Positions 61,354-64,000 of a stretch of DNA of 64,000 nucleotides are shown in pieces (the first letter of the stretch is position 1; every line of letters starts with the position of its first letter). The translations under genes and the position numbers were made by a program. A model generated the notes under the pieces. That model made no database searches and had not been told where the DNA came from. It saw nothing but the letters and a program-made list of their open reading frames with translations. Origin of the DNA: Intoshia linei (Eukaryota; Animalia; Orthonectida); the NCBI GenBank assembly GCA_001642005.1, contig LWCA01000037.1:7257-71256 (forward strand). Reading direction: 5' to 3'.

Positions 61354-63865
61354 TTAAATAATTTTAGGTAGCTTGAATTTAATAATCGATGAAACAAATC
61401 CTTTAGCTACCAATTTGTTGAATCTAATAATTATTTTTGACATTACTTTAATACACTCGATACGATGTTTAAATTTAAATTTAATCAAACAAGGTTTTCC
61501 TTTTTCAACGGTCTAATGAAAAAATGCAAAAAAATTTAAAATTAAAAAAATTACCTCTGGTATATCGATAATTTTTACAATTTGACGAATAGAGCAAACA
61601 TTTATAGGAACCTCGAGACCGACAAAAAGGTGATGTTGCGAAAAAACTGTGATTGAAGCCATAAATTCTTTGCAGGGTATAGCATTCAAATGAGTATCGA
61701 TAATCACCATGCCCTAAACATAAAATTAATTTTAAAATTAAATAATATTTACAGCTCGTATTTTACATCCAGATATAAAACCGAGATTTATACCGGACTG
61801 TTGACCAGCGAAAATTGTATTCGTTTTTGAATGATTCTGTTCTATAGATTGTGCGCTAACTTTTATAAAATCTCCATTGATATTTGGTCCAATAAACAAT
61901 GCATCCTGTAATGAGATTCTTCCCGAAATTAGTCGTCCAACAACAATTACTCCATCTTCCCGGTTGTGTACTTTTGAAATTTCAAATCTTACCGATTCAA
62001 ATTTCAGTTGATCCAAAGTATTGGGAGAAGGAACTGAACTTAAAAATAAACGTAGTAGATTCAGGTTTTGACCAGTTACACAAGACACAGTTATTACTGG
62101 ACAGATTAAACCCTTTAAAAATGACGGCATTGCTTTTTCAATATCTTGGTCATTTGAAATAAAAAAAGGATCACTAGTTGGTGTTATCATTGATGCTATC
62201 ACATGTATCGTTTTTAAAACACTATTTTCTCGATTATTTTTTTTTATCTTGTCAAATTTGTTTACAACTAATAATATTGGAATTTTCAGCAACATTACAT
62301 TTTCCAATTGATTTAAATACAACATTTGATCATCAATTATAAATATATTGTATTGTAAATTATAAATACTGAAAGTGTACAAATTTGTTTTCATGTATTT
62401 TTTATAACCGCAAGTATCAATCAGATTTATTATCCTATTTGAATTTGATATAATTTCAGCATGAGAATCACAATTTTTGTAATTGTATATCTACGTTTAT
62501 AAATTAAATCATTTCCCAAAGTGAACGTTGTGAACCCCAAAATCAAAAATTGTTTCTTATGGGCACACATGATTTTCATCAATCAAATTCTTTCTAGTAT
62601 GAATGTATAGTGTAAACCAAAAGTTTTCAACCTGGGCGATTTTTAAATTTCAACGTTGTTATAAATCCTTTTGTAAAGCTTATAGTTTTATTTTCTTGTG
62701 ACAATTTTTTCAAAAACTCCTTATTTATTAAAAATTTTGATTTTTAAATAGATTATTCTACATTTGGGCCATAAAAATTTATATCACCATAAAAATATAA
62801 TATAATAATTAATAAATAAAATAATTTATATTGTTAATTACAACAATTTAATACATAATTAATAATAACATACAAAAGTAGTATAATTGTTTTACGAGAA
62901 TTGTTTTATTATATGTATGTTATATATGTTTTATTGGTTCCACGGGTCGATTCTTTAAAAAATTGAATAACAGTAACAACTTGTTTAGGAATTATGGAAG
63001 AGCCATTTTAAAAAAGGTTGTGAACTCCTGATTCTACACGGTGGGTGAATCGCACCAAGGGTGTGATTTTTCTATATTATTTCACAAAATACATAATTTA
63101 AATTTTTTTTTTAAAACGACTACATTTTATTAAATTTTTTAGCTAAAACAACGTACAAAAGTTTTTATTCTTTTATAAGAATTATAATTAATTGTTATAT
63201 ATGGGACAATTCTAAAAAAAGGTTGAGAACCACTGATGTAGACCCAGGGGTCCACATTCGCCACTTTATAAAGTGCTAAATTAGTCATTTTCTCAATGAT
63301 CATTAAAATTATTCAAGATATTTTAGATTAATCCAATAATCGTTACTAAATAAACTGCGTACAAAAAGGTGGATAAATTAAAAAATTTAACATGTAACAG
63401 TTGCAACATACCAGTTGAATTTATTTTATTTAGATTATCATGTAATCCAATTTAAATGTTTACGTTTACATTTGAAATTTAATAACATAACACTTTAACA
63501 ATTTGAAAATGCAAAAACAATTGGGACAATTTAAAAAATTACTGCATCGTTTATATCAAATCCAATAAACGCTATAGATCTACTAGAAGTATGGCCAGAT
63601 ATGATTTCGTGACTATGCTTGAACATTTTAACCCTGGAACTGCCATGCCCATTGTCTAATTCATCGTGCATAATAATTCCCAATAAAGTACTTTTTCCAA
63701 CTTTGAAATTCCCCGAAACTGCAACAAAAATTTCTGGAATCTACCATAAATATTACAAATATAATTGTATTTAATAGATACCACATGCTTCACATAATTT
63801 CTGAAAATATCTATTACTGCATAATAAAATGTTTCATTTTTTTTTGAAAAATATTTAATATCCAC
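61354..63865 (-). CDS. GTPBP2: GTP-binding protein 1/2 family translational GTPase; 5' end beyond the window
   Basis: VAVSGNFKVGKSTLLG..ELDNGHGSSR..FKHSHEIISGHTSS..LIDTCGYKKY..VNKFD..VSCVTG..IGP..GDF..AGQ..GMV..IRQ..KFKFKHRIE..AKGFV. Confidence 0.85.
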
Positions 63866-63949
63866 ATTACAGATTTTTGAATTGATGCTAAATTAAAATT
63901 TTTATAAATCAATCTAGTGTAAAATATTGTTTATAGGTTCATTATGTAA

Positions 63950-64000
63950 GGGTGTCTACTTAAATCCAACCATTTTTACTAAAAATCAAAATTTACCAAC
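63950..64000. mobile_element. Terminus of the foldback/minisatellite element family
   Basis: GGGTGTCTACTTAAATCCAACCATTTTTACT, the same terminus as at 18975 and the reverse of 13183-13210. Confidence 0.55.

Overview
Very AT-rich, gene-dense animal genomic DNA with many 34-42 bp spliceosomal introns. This is consistent with a miniaturised metazoan genome, most likely the orthonectid Intoshia linei (inference, not verified). About 22 intron-split genes can be reconstructed by eye: a C2H2 zinc-finger gene, UBC9, UROS, CHMP4/Snf7, ARPC3, an SLC16-like MFS transporter, SGTA, PI4KB, a SOS-like histone-fold/DH protein, RPS18, CAMKMT, SART1, EI24, CBS, a CD225/dispanin gene, a SUEL-lectin membrane protein, ERI3, TIMMDC1, twinfilin, SCO, a DLDET phosphatase, CDO1 and GTPBP2-like. 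Larger introns and intergenic DNA are filled with nested non-autonomous DNA transposons (hAT, Tc1/mariner-type, Mutator-like, Helitron, foldback/minisatellite). There are five single-N scaffold joins (24028, 37430, 37609, 46118, 52837), all inside repeats. The most striking biology is interlocked gene architecture. UROS (not apparent from the ORF track) carries all of CHMP4 antisense in one intron, and its last coding exon overlaps the last coding exon of UBC9. The CBS and CD225 stop codons share one TTAA. PI4KB is split by 16 kb containing five genes and bracketed by nested transposon ends, probably a scaffolding artefact. Several proteins look reduced or altered: CBS without heme ligands or Bateman module, a SOS-like protein without a visible RasGEF domain, and GTPBP2 without the catalytic His. 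All homology calls come from remembered family motifs, not from database searches.
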